The translations under genes were made by a program, and so were the position numbers. From Octopus sinensis (lineage: Eukaryota): 17,099 bases of DNA. The stretch spans positions 1-17,099 of the forward strand of contig NW_021824911.1 in NCBI RefSeq assembly GCF_006345805.1, written 5' to 3'. The notes beneath the pieces are model-generated. The model worked only from the letters and a program-made list of their open reading frames with translations. It searched no databases and was not told where the DNA came from. Of the stretch, positions 8,488 to 17,099 are shown piece after piece. Positions within the stretch are counted from its first letter, which is position 1. Each line of letters opens with the position of its first letter.

Positions 8488-8911
8488 GCTCGAAGACGAA
8501 CTACAATCAATAGTTTTAGTCTCTTTTTAATTATCATCTTTGCGTATTTACTTTTCCAATTTATTTTTTGAAAATATTCCCCCATTTTCTTTTCATGCTT
8601 AATATTTATTATTTATTATTTTTTTTTTTTGTATTTTCAAATTTTAAAAAAATTTTGTATTTAATCATTATAATATTTCACACTTGTTTGTTTTATTTCC
8701 TTATATTTTTTTTATTGCACTTTTCTGCCGCCATCGTCACAACCTGTTTGTTCACGTGTTTTGAAAGAGCAATTATTGACGTGTTTCTGTTCTGTTGATT
8801 TTATCTAAAGTTGTTTATACTAAGCGCTATTGATGTTGCTGTGGTTGCAACTGCCGCTCTTATTGATGTTGTGGTCGTTATTAGACTTGTCGACTGCTGT
8901 GGTTATTATTG

Positions 8912-9282
8912 TGGTCGTAAAGTGGCAGAACCGTTAGCACGCCTGACAATAATGCTTAGTAGTACTTCGTCTTTCTTTACGTTCTGAGTTCAAATTCCGC
9001 CGAGGTCCACTTTACCTTTCCTCCTTTCGGGGTCGATAAATTAAGTACCAGTAACGCACTGGGGTCGATGTAATCGACTTAATCCGTTTGTCTGTCCTTG
9101 TTTGTCCCCTCTCTGTGTAGCCCCTTGTGGGTAGTAAAGAAATAGGTATTTCGTCTGCCGCTACGTTCTGAGTTCAAATTCCACCGAGGTCGGCTTTGTC
9201 TTTCATCATTACGTGGTTGATAAAATAAGTATCAGTTGCTCACTGGGGTCAATGTAATGAACTTCCCCCTCATCCCAGAAAC
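8912..9282 (+). mobile_element. SINE-A chimera: diverged head, one unit, then an old-subfamily remainder
   Basis: Junction aaagaaatag|gtatttcg at 9145/9146; ends in the alternative tail ggggtcaatgtaatgaacttccccctc. Confidence 0.8.
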
Positions 9283-9288
9283 ATCAAA

Positions 9289-9888
9289 GGCAGCGAGCTG
9301 GCAGAAACGTTAGCACACCGGACGAAATGCTTAGCGGTATTTCGTCTGCCGTTACGTTCTGAGTTCAAATTCCGCCGAGGTCGACTTTGCCTTTCATCCT
9401 TTCGGGGTCGATTAAATAAGTACCAGTTGCACACTGGGGTCGATGTAATCGACTTAATCCGTTTGTCTGTCCTTGTTTGTCCTCTCTGTGTTTAGCCCCT
9501 TGTGGGCAGTAAAGAAATAGGTATTCCGTCTGCCGCTACGTTCTAGGTTCAAATTCTACCGAGGTCGACTTTGCCTTTCATCCTTTCGGGGTCGATAAAT
9601 TAAGTAGCAGTTTCGCACTGGGGTCGATGTAATCGACTTAATCCGTTTGTCTGGCCTTGTTTGTCCTCTTCTATGTTTAGCCCCTTGTGAATAGTAAAGA
9701 AATAGGTATTTCGTCTGCCGATACGTTCTGAGTTCAAATTCCGCCGAGGTCGACTTTACCTTTCCTCCTTTCGGGGTCGATAAATTAAGTACCAGTTACG
9801 CACTGGGGTCGATGTAATCGACTTAATCCGTTTGTCTGTCCTTGTTTGTCCCCTCTGTGTTTAGTCCCTTGCGGGCAGTGAAGAAATA
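9289..9888 (+). mobile_element. SINE-A array: head plus three ~184-bp units
   Basis: gtatt unit starts at 9337, 9521 and 9706. Confidence 0.9.
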
Positions 9889-10100
9889 AGAATCGTTAGC
9901 ACACCAAGCGAAATGTTTCGCGGTATTTCACCTGTTTTTACGTTATAAGTTGGAATTCCATCGAAGTCAACTTTGCCTCTCATCTTCCGGGGTCGATAAA
10001 ATAAGTACCTGTTGAATACTAGGGTCGATGTAATTGACTAACCCCCCCCCCCCAAAAAAAATATTCAGGCCTTGTGCCTATGGCAGAAAGGAATATTGAT
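9889..10100 (+). mobile_element. Old SINE-A-related copy lacking its first ~15 bp
   Basis: agaatcgttagcac...ggggtcgataaaataagtacc, with the alternative tail caggccttgtgcctatggcagaaagg. Confidence 0.65.
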
Positions 10101-10167
10101 TTGACTCGGGTTTCTTCATATTCCTCATAGAATTTATGTTAGAAGCGATAACTACCTGTAACCTTAG

Positions 10168-10679
10168 GTATCCACACGCTTAAAGCCCTCCTGAGAAAAG
10201 ACGTATGAGATGGCTTGGGCATGTTAGCCGTATGAAAGATGGCAGAATCCCCAAGGACATACTCTACGGAGGGCTTGCTAGGGGTACTAGGTCTGTGGGT
10301 AGACCGATCTTACGTTACAAGGATGTTTGCAAAAGGGACATGAAGGCCTGCAACATCAATATTAGCGGTTGGGAAGCAGTTGCCGGCAACCGTGGAGATT
10401 GGCGACTTACCGTAAAAGAGGAAATACAAAGGAGTGACAGAGAGAGAGAGGAGAAATGGAAAGACAAGAAAAGACGTCAACAAGAAACTATGACATTACA
10501 ACCAGCCAGGAACAGTCTTCGCTACATTTGCGGTACCTGCCAGAGGGAGTGTTTGTCCAGGATAGGACTACACAGCCACAGCAGGAAATGTACCAGGACA
10601 TGAAATATAAAAGCCGGACTAGACTACTTTATGCGCAACTCCATTGTCTCCCGAGACAGAAAGGATGCCAACCAACCAA
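10168..10679 (+). mobile_element. RTE-clade LINE 3' end (ORF C-terminus, 3' UTR, (CCAA)n tail)
   Basis: ORF 10205-10603: MRWLGHVSRMKDGRIPKDILYG...GRPILRYKDVCKRDMK...CGTCQRECLSRIGLHSHSRKC, with RTE-typical motifs and a C-terminal Cys/His knuckle. 3' motif ccattgtctcccgagacagaaaggatgcc. Confidence 0.9.
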
Positions 10680-10835
10680 AGCCCTCCTGGTAATCTTCCT
10701 TTCTCTATATGTTTACTTAGAGTTCCCAAAACATCAATTATTAAGGGAACAACCTTTACAGATTTCATACTCCAAATTCCTGCAATTTCAAATTTTAAGG
10801 GATTGTATTTAAATTTTAAAATATCTGGAAATGTT

Positions 10836-10840
10836 TATTA

Positions 10841-10897
<57 letters not shown>
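10836..10897. repeat. (ATT)n microsatellite; another at about 13050-13106
   Basis: Directly visible. Confidence 0.95.
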
Positions 10898-10898
<1 letters not shown>

Positions 10899-11265
10899 GG
10901 CGGCGAGCTGGCAGAAACGTTAGCACGCCGGGCGAAATGCTTAGCAGTATTTCGTCTGCCGTTACGTTCTGAGTTCAAATTCCGCCGAGGTTGACTTTGC
11001 CTTTCATCCTTTCGGGGTCGATTAAATAAGTACCAGTTACGCACTGGGGTCGATATAATCGACTTAATCCGTCTGTCGGTCCTTATTTGTCTTCCCTGTG
11101 TTTAGCCCCTTGTGGGTAGTAAAGAAATAGGTATTTCACCCGTCGCTACGTTCTGAGTTCAAATTTCGAGGTCGATAAATTAAGTACCAGCTGAACACTG
11201 GTGTCAATGTAATCCACTCATGCTCCACCTTTCCCAAGCTGCCCTGGTAGCAAAAATTTGAAATA
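10899..11265 (+). mobile_element. SINE-A chimera: head, one unit, then a deleted old-subfamily remainder
   Basis: Same junction aaagaaatag|gtatttc at 11130/11131; ends in the alternative tail ...gcaaaaatttgaaa. Confidence 0.8.
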
Positions 11266-11288
11266 ATTATTATCATAAATATTATTTA

Positions 11289-11505
11289 AGCAGCGAGCTG
11301 GCAGAATCGTTAGCACGCCGGGCGGGATGCTTAGCAGTATTTCGTCTGTCGCTATGTTCTGAGTTCAAATTCCCCTGTGGTCGACTTTACTTTTCATCCA
11401 TTCTTTGTCGATAAAGTAAATACCAGCTGCACACTGGGGTCCATGTAGTCAATTAACCCCTACCCCCAAAATTGTTGGCCTTCTGCAAAAAATCAGATCA
11501 TTATT
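11289..11505 (+). mobile_element. Old SINE-A-related copy
   Basis: gcagcgagctggcagaatcgttagc...gagttcaaattccc...ggggtccatgtag, with the alternative tail. Confidence 0.7.
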
Positions 11506-11510
11506 AAGAC

Positions 11511-11613
11511 TTACATGCTTAGAGGTATTTTGTCCGTCCTTACGTTTTGAGTCTAAATTCTACCGCGGTCGGCTTTGCTTTTATCCTTTCCTTTGAGGGT
11601 CGATAAAGTAAGT
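11511..11613 (+). mobile_element. Old SINE-A-related copy split by SINE-C; continues at about 11935-11990
   Basis: Ends ggtcgataaagtaagt and resumes accagtgcaatgtaactgac...ttgtgccaaaa after SINE-C. Confidence 0.55.
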
Positions 11614-11938
11614 TCTGAGACCCCCTTCGGTCACCACACAGACCATGGGATTGCACCTAGAATGTTACCCTCCCAGGTACAAGTCCGGGCAAGGTTGTTT
11701 ATGGAAGACCTGCAGTCGCCCATGCATACCAGCCTCCCCTCTCCACACCACTGATGTTATCCAAGGGAAAGGCAAAAGGGGCTGATTCAGCTTGGCACCT
11801 GTGACGTCGCAACTCATTTCTACAGCTGAGTGAACTGGAGCAACGTGAAATAAAATGTCTTGCTCAAGAACACAACACGCAGCCCTGTCGGGGATTCGAG
11901 CTCACAACCTCACGATCGTAAGCTCGACGCTCTAACCA
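11614..11938 (-). mobile_element. SINE-C: tRNA head, CORE-like centre and RTE-like 3' end
   Basis: Reverse complement ggttagagcgtcgagcttacgatcgtgaggttgtgagctcgaatccc (A/B boxes), then ttgagcaagacattttatttcac...ctcagctgtagaaatgag, which resembles the CORE domain (recalled, not searched). Confidence 0.7.
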
Positions 11939-12338
11939 GTGCAATGTAACTGACTTCTCCTCTAGAATTGCTGGACTTGTGCCAAAATGGACTTGTGCCA
12001 ACCATAAACAACCATTTACACTGATTTTAAATAATTCAGCTGCTATATTTAGCAAAAATAGCGACAATGTTAAACGAAAACGTCACGTTAAACATGGTTT
12101 TGTAGTAAGTATTTGAAAATTAATCAAGTTTTCAGACACACGATTGAGCTTCGATATATCGAACCGATCGATTAGAAAAAAAACGATCTTTCGACGAACT
12201 TCATGTGATTGATTGATTTCCAACAGAAGACAAAATTTCTCATTACTAAACTTTAAATTTTATTTGTGACTTTTTAATATTTTTCTGATCGCTGGTTGCA
12301 GTTTTAAACTGTGTTTGACATAGCTGCATGGTTAAGCA

Positions 12339-12717
12339 GGAGGTGCAATGGCCCTGTGATTAGGGCAGCGGACTCGCGGTCACTGGATCGCGGTTTCGAT
12401 TCCCAGATCGGGCGTTGTGAGTGTTTATTGAGCGAAAACACCTAAAAGCTCCACGAGGCTCCGGCAGGGGATGGTGGTGATCCCTGCTGTACTCTTTCAC
12501 CACAACTTTCTCTCTCTTACTTCCTGTTTCTGTTGTACCTGTATTTCAAAGGGCCGGCCTTGTCACTCTCTGTGTCACGCTGAATCTCCCCGAGAACTAC
12601 GTTAAGGGTGCACCTGTCTGTGGAGTGCTCAGCCACTTACACGTTAATTTCACGAGCAGGCTGTTCCGTTGATCGGATCAACCGGAACCCTCGTCGTCGT
12701 AACCGACGGAGTGCTTC
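12339..12717 (+). mobile_element. SINE-D, full length, with a 12-13-bp TSD, inserted into an old SINE-B-like head
   Basis: tRNA-like head; TSD catggttaagca at 12327-12338 and 12718-12729; nearly collinear with 13958-14343. Confidence 0.9.
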
Positions 12718-12857
12718 CATGGTTAAGCAGTTCATTTCGTAGCCACGTGGTTTCGGTTTCCATCTCGCTGTGTGACAACAAGCGTTATTTTATCCTCATG
12801 TTGACCAAGAATTTCTGCTTTCTTTTCTTTGTGGATAAAATTATTTCTTTGAACACG

Positions 12858-13050
12858 GAAGGATAAATTGATTACAAGAAAAAATACATTTAAAGTATAC
12901 AAGATTAACATTATTTACATTTGACGGATATTTGTCCTCATCTTGTTTGTTGTTAACACAACGTTTCGGCTGATATATCCTCCAGCCTCCATCGGGTGTC
13001 TTGGGGAAATTTCGAACCTGGGTTCTCATTCCTAAGGCATTTTTCGATGT
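12858..13050 (-). mobile_element. Penelope-like element/retrozyme-type fragment
   Basis: Carries a minimal type I hammerhead fold and adjoins an (ATT)n tract. The assignment rests on the known association of such motifs with Penelope-like elements. Confidence 0.5.
12955..13000 (-). ncRNA. Degenerate minimal type I hammerhead ribozyme
   Basis: GACAC-CCGATGG-A-GGCTG-gaggatatat-CAGCC-GAAACGTT-GTGTT: stems I and II and the palindromic ACGT stem III are intact, but the CUGAUGA core is mutated at 2 positions. Confidence 0.65.
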
Positions 13051-13064
13051 TATTATTATTATTA

Positions 13065-13106
<42 letters not shown>

Positions 13107-13519
13107 CAGCGTTGTAGCGAATTCACGTCTACGTCACATTTTCCGTAAAAAAAATTTATCTCCGACTAGATTAAATCAGAAAAAGGAAATTTTTTTTTTC
13201 TATTTTTATTTTTCGTTGTTACTAACAGAAGGTTTGCGAATTTTTTTGTGAATCTTCCTCATTACAAATGGTAGGATAAAAATCTCGTCCTTAGATTGTC
13301 TGTAGAGCTTTGGCAAATAGCCATTAGCATAGTTAAGAAGAAACAGGAATAAATTTATTTGCCACGACGGTAGTAGCAGTAACCCCACATGACCTACAAA
13401 CGAAGACGCCCCTTAATTACTTTCAGAAACGGAAAAAACATCTTTTTTTCCGAACAAGCAGACGCAGTGAAATTTGAACTCAGAGATGTCCAATAGGAAA
13501 AGAACTCACACACTCAGAA

Positions 13520-13932
13520 TATATTTCTTTACGGCCCACAAGGGGCTAAACACAGAGGGGACAAACAAGGACAGACAAAGGGATTAAGTCGATTATATCG
13601 ACCCCAGTGCGTAACTGGTATTTAATTTATCGACCCCGAAAGGATGAAAGGCAAAGTCGACCGCGAGGAAATTGAACTCAGAATGTGTAACGGCATACGA
13701 AATACCTATTTCTTTACTACCCACCCAAGGGCTAAACACAGAGAGGACAAACAAGGACAGACAAGGGATTAAGTCGATATATACGACCCAGTGCGTAACT
13801 GGTACTTATTTAATCGACTCCGAAAGGATGAAAGGCAAAGTCGGCGGAATTTGAACTCAGAATATAGCGACGGGCAAAATACCGCAAAGCATTTCGCTCG
13901 GCGTGCTAACGATTCTGCCAGTTCGCCCGCCT
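13520..13932 (-). mobile_element. SINE-A array: head plus two units
   Basis: Junction aatacc|tatttc near 13706; head aggcgggcgaactggcagaatcg. Confidence 0.85.
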
Positions 13933-13957
13933 TCGCACTCAGAATACTGTAGGAAAC

Positions 13958-14343
13958 GTGGAGGCGCAATGGCCCAGTGGTTAGGGCAGCGGACTCGCGG
14001 TCGTAGGATCGCGGTTTCGATTCCCAGACCGGGCATTGTGAGTGTTTATTGAGCGAAAACACCTAAAGCTTCACAAGGCTCCGGCAGAGGATGGTGGTGA
14101 TCCCTGCTCTACTCTTTCATCACAACTTTCTCTCACTCTTACTTCCTGTTTCTGTTGTACTTGTATTTCAAGAGGCCGGCCTTGTCACTCTCTGTGTCAC
14201 GCTGAATATCCCCGAGAACTACGTTAAGGGTACGCGTGTCTGTGGAGTGCTCAGCCACTTACACGTTAATTTCACGAGCAGGCTGTTCCGTTGATTCGGA
14301 TCAACCGGAACCCTCGTCGTCGTAACCGACGGAGTGCTTCCTC
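13958..14343 (+). mobile_element. SINE-D, full length, with a 13-bp TSD
   Basis: TSD tactgtaggaaac at 13945-13957 and 14344-14356. Confidence 0.9.
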
Positions 14344-14494
14344 TACTGTAGGAAACTTTAATGAAAGTGAACAAAAAATAGGAAAATAGTGTAGACAAGG
14401 TGTTTTCAACCATTTTTTACCCATGGACCCCTCTGATCGCTATTTTATTCTGGTAGACCCCCTATAGTCATCGATATTTAAAAACTAATTTTAT

Positions 14495-14892
14495 AGGCGC
14501 AGGAGTGGCTGTGTGATAAGTAGCTTGCTTACCAACCACATGGTTCCGGGTTCAGTCACACTACGTGGCACCTTGGGCTAGTGTCTTCTACAATAGCCTC
14601 GGGCCAACCCAAGCCTTGTGAGTGGATTTGGTAGACGGAAACTGAAAGAAGCCTGTCGTATATATGTATATGTATATAATTGTGTGTGTGTGTGTGTGTT
14701 TGTGTGTCTACGTTTGTCCCCCCAACATCACTTGATAACCGATAGTTGTGTGTTTACGTTCCCGTAACTTAGCGGTTGGGCAAAAGACCCATAGAATAAG
14801 TACTAGGCCTACAAAGAATAAGTCCTGGGGTCGATTTGCTCGACTAAAGGCGGTGCTCCAGCATGGCCGTAGTCAACCGACTGAAACAAGTA
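14495..14892 (+). mobile_element. SINE-B, full length (B1)
   Basis: Collinear with the family; B1 diagnostics ggcacc and gcctcggg. Confidence 0.85.
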
Positions 14893-14914
14893 ACTATTTA
14901 CTATTTTTTTTTTT

Positions 14915-15337
14915 ACTATTTTTACTTGCTTCAGTCATTTGACTGCGGCCATGCTGGAGCCCGCACCTTTAGTCGAGCAATCGACCCCGGGACTTATTCT
15001 TTGTATGCCCAGTACTTATTCTATCGGTCTCTTTTTGCCGAACCGCTAAGTGACGGGGACCGTAAGCACACCAGCATCGGTTGTGAAGCAATCTAGGGTA
15101 CAAACACAGACACACAAACACACAACACACATACATATATATATTATTATATATAATATATATAAACATATATACGACAGCTTCTTTCAGTTTCCGTCTA
15201 CCAAATCCACTCACAAGGCATTGGTCGGCCCGGGGCTATAGCAGAAGACAGTTGCCCAAGATGCCACACAGTGGGACTGAACCCGGAACCATGTGGTTGA
15301 TTAGCAAGCTACTTACCACACAGCCACTCCTGCGCCT
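14915..15337 (-). mobile_element. SINE-B, full length (B2)
   Basis: Collinear with the family; B2 diagnostics ggcatc, ctgctatagccccggg and caatgcc. Confidence 0.85.
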
Positions 15338-15472
15338 ATGAGATAATTAGTAAAGAGATAATTATTTCAAAACTTCCTACTTAGTTTTTCACGCATTAAC
15401 TAGTGTAGGTTCAACTATGTAAAGCGTTAAAGAAGGAAATCTATTTCTTGCAATAAATACCAATACATACAT

Positions 15473-15889
15473 AGGCGCAGGAGTGGCTGTGTGGTAAGTA
15501 GCTTGCTTACCAACCACATGGTTCCGGGTTCAGTCCCATTGCCTGGCATCTTGGGCAAGTGTCTTCTGCTATAGCCCCGGGCCGACCAATGCCTTGTGAG
15601 TGGATTTGGTAGACGGAAACTGAAAGAAGCCTGTCGTATATATGTATATATATATGTGTGTGTGCGTGTTTGTGCGTCTGTGTTTGTCCCACTAGCATTG
15701 CTTGACAACCGATACTGGTGTATTTATGTCCCCGTTACTTAGCGGTTCGGCAAAAAGAGACCGATAGAATAAGTACTGGGCTTACAAAAAGAATAAGTCC
15801 CGGGGTCGAGTTGCTCGATTAAAGGCGGTGCTCCAGCATGGCCGCAGTCAAATTACTGAAACAAGTAAAAGAGTAAAAGAGTAAGAGTA
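15473..15889 (+). mobile_element. SINE-B, full length (B2)
   Basis: Collinear with the family; (aaaagagt)n tail. Confidence 0.85.
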
Positions 15890-16357
15890 TACATCTAAAG
15901 CAAACATTTTTTTCAGAGACCCTTAGAATACTAAAGTGAACCCCCAATTTTCTAATTTGTTGCGTGGACCCCTAAAAATCTCATATGGACCCCAGTTCAG
16001 AACCCCTGGTGTTAACCGTACAAACAAGTACGGCAATTCATAACTTCGTAAATATTATGGATCATAAGGTGCTTCTCGTTATGAACCAACTCAAATAAAT
16101 TGAAACGTTATGGACAACGTCTGTGGCAATAGACACTACCTCGTTGCCTGAGGAGATAATATATTTCTGTTTGTTTAACAATAGAGAAGATTCTCATGGG
16201 ATTTCGAGAAAGAGAAAAGTAGTTGGACGGAAATATAGACAACACATGGTCCCTCAACAGTATCAGATCATATGGGATTACGAAGGGGGCAGAAAACGTC
16301 CTGGCATTGGGTAAAAGAAAATACAGGAAGATCAGTTAATTATGATTTTATACAACA

Positions 16358-16873
16358 CTAGCAGTATCGCCCGGCGTTGCTCGGGTTTGTAAGGGAAATA
16401 ACTATATAAGCATTTTTAGAGAGTTACTTCCTTTATAGATGCCAATTCGGGCTTTCTTAGCCATTTCTGTTTTGGTGTCTTCAAGCCATGAAGTCGTTGT
16501 TCTAAAAGAACGCTGGTCTCCTTGACAACGCATTACGACTTTGATTTCCTTAAACTCCCCTCCCCACAGCTTCACGAGGGAGGGAAGAAGGGGGAGAAGC
16601 AACACAGGTGCAGGTGTTTGAGCGTGGACGCCGACTCCGCCGCCATCGACACACGAAAAATTATGCATTAAAATGGAATAAAAATGAATGTTAAATTATT
16701 TTTTAAATCGTAGACTCATCGTAGACGCGCGCTAATACTCAGACGGGCTCGATATGAATCACGACTATAAGATACCCGAATTTGGTTAAACTGCACCGCA
16801 AAATGTGGGAGTAGTTAGGAATCTAAATCGAAGGAGACAGACACTCACACAACCTCACTTTTATATATATAGA
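16358..16873 (-). mobile_element. Complete 516-bp non-autonomous Helitron
   Basis: Minus strand A|TCtatatatataaaagtg...cccgagcaacgccggg cgatactg CTAG|T. The last ~70 bp are nearly identical to 3090-3160. Confidence 0.85.
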
Positions 16874-17030
16874 TATTACTTTCTCAAATTCACTCACTTA
16901 TTGCAGTGGTCCTTCAGTTTTTCTAAGTCCTGAACAAGAACTTAGAAAATTGCCAGGGGTCTCTAAAAAGTGGCCGATATCGACCCCTGAGGATCGATGA
17001 GGCTTTTCAAAGGGTCGATAAATGCACATC

Positions 17031-17032
<2 letters not shown>

Positions 17033-17062
<30 letters not shown>

Positions 17063-17099
17063 CTTCTTCTTCTTCTTCTTCTTCTTCTTCTTTCTTCTC
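17033..17099. repeat. (TTC)n microsatellite
   Basis: Directly visible. Confidence 0.95.

Larger units (their letters stand above)
14396..16008. mobile_element. hAT-like MITE interrupted by three SINE-B copies
   Basis: Degenerate TIRs caaggtgttttcaacc and agttcagaacccctg; repeated subterminal tggacccc motifs at both ends; possible 8-bp TSD gtgtagac/gtgttaac (6/8 match). Confidence 0.45.

Noticed and set aside
8690-8735. ATGGCGGCAG Kozak-like start on the minus strand
   Set aside because: Stops after 13 codons in A-rich low-complexity sequence.
12339-12415. SINE-D and other SINE heads as tRNA genes
   Set aside because: No complete cloverleaf or acceptor stem; they continue into SINE bodies flanked by TSDs.
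13206-13388. Signal-peptide-like minus-strand ORF, and a plus-strand TACTAACAG acceptor with a 42-nt exon (13229-13270)
   Set aside because: GTG start and no homology. Joining the donor at 12105 to this acceptor creates a stop codon.
1633-15708. Many 60-120 aa ORFs within SINEs, Helitrons and microsatellites (poly-CV, YI and HT peptides)
   Set aside because: They fall wholly within non-coding repeats, recur with the repeat and show no protein motifs.
16123-16314. 63-aa plus-strand ORF and an overlapping minus-strand open frame
   Set aside because: No recognisable motif; this length is expected by chance. RNA-seq or BLASTX would be needed.
16919-17020. 10-bp hairpin (16919-16949) and a caggggtctc hAT-like terminus at 16954
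   Set aside because: Short, with no partner TIR or TSD visible before the window ends.

Overview
AT-rich, repeat-saturated eukaryotic non-coding DNA. The repeat families look like those of an octopus/coleoid cephalopod; this is an inference from recalled repeats, not a database search. No intact protein-coding gene is supported. The only ORFs with recognisable homology are transposon remnants: two inverted CR1/L2 LINE 3' ends (1-960), the N-terminal HTH part of a mariner transposase inside an internally deleted element (4455-5112), and an RTE LINE 3' end (about 10168-10679). The rest is at least four tRNA-derived SINE families (my labels A-D), three complete non-autonomous Helitrons (TC...hairpin-CTAG), a hAT-like MITE, a Penelope-type fragment with a degenerate hammerhead ribozyme, several long fold-back inverted repeats and many microsatellites. 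Best leads: (1) an exact CTAG|TC Helitron head-to-tail junction inside a composite insert flanked by a ~237-bp duplication; (2) SINE-A arrays built as head+(~184-bp unit)n with an invariant junction; (3) a covarying 3' stem-loop shared by the RTE remnant and two unrelated SINE families; (4) a unique, hairpin-rich segment (6976-7330) with an H/ACA-like 3' end lying just downstream of a putative minus-strand promoter and first exon. All alignments and folds were done by eye, so identities are approximate.
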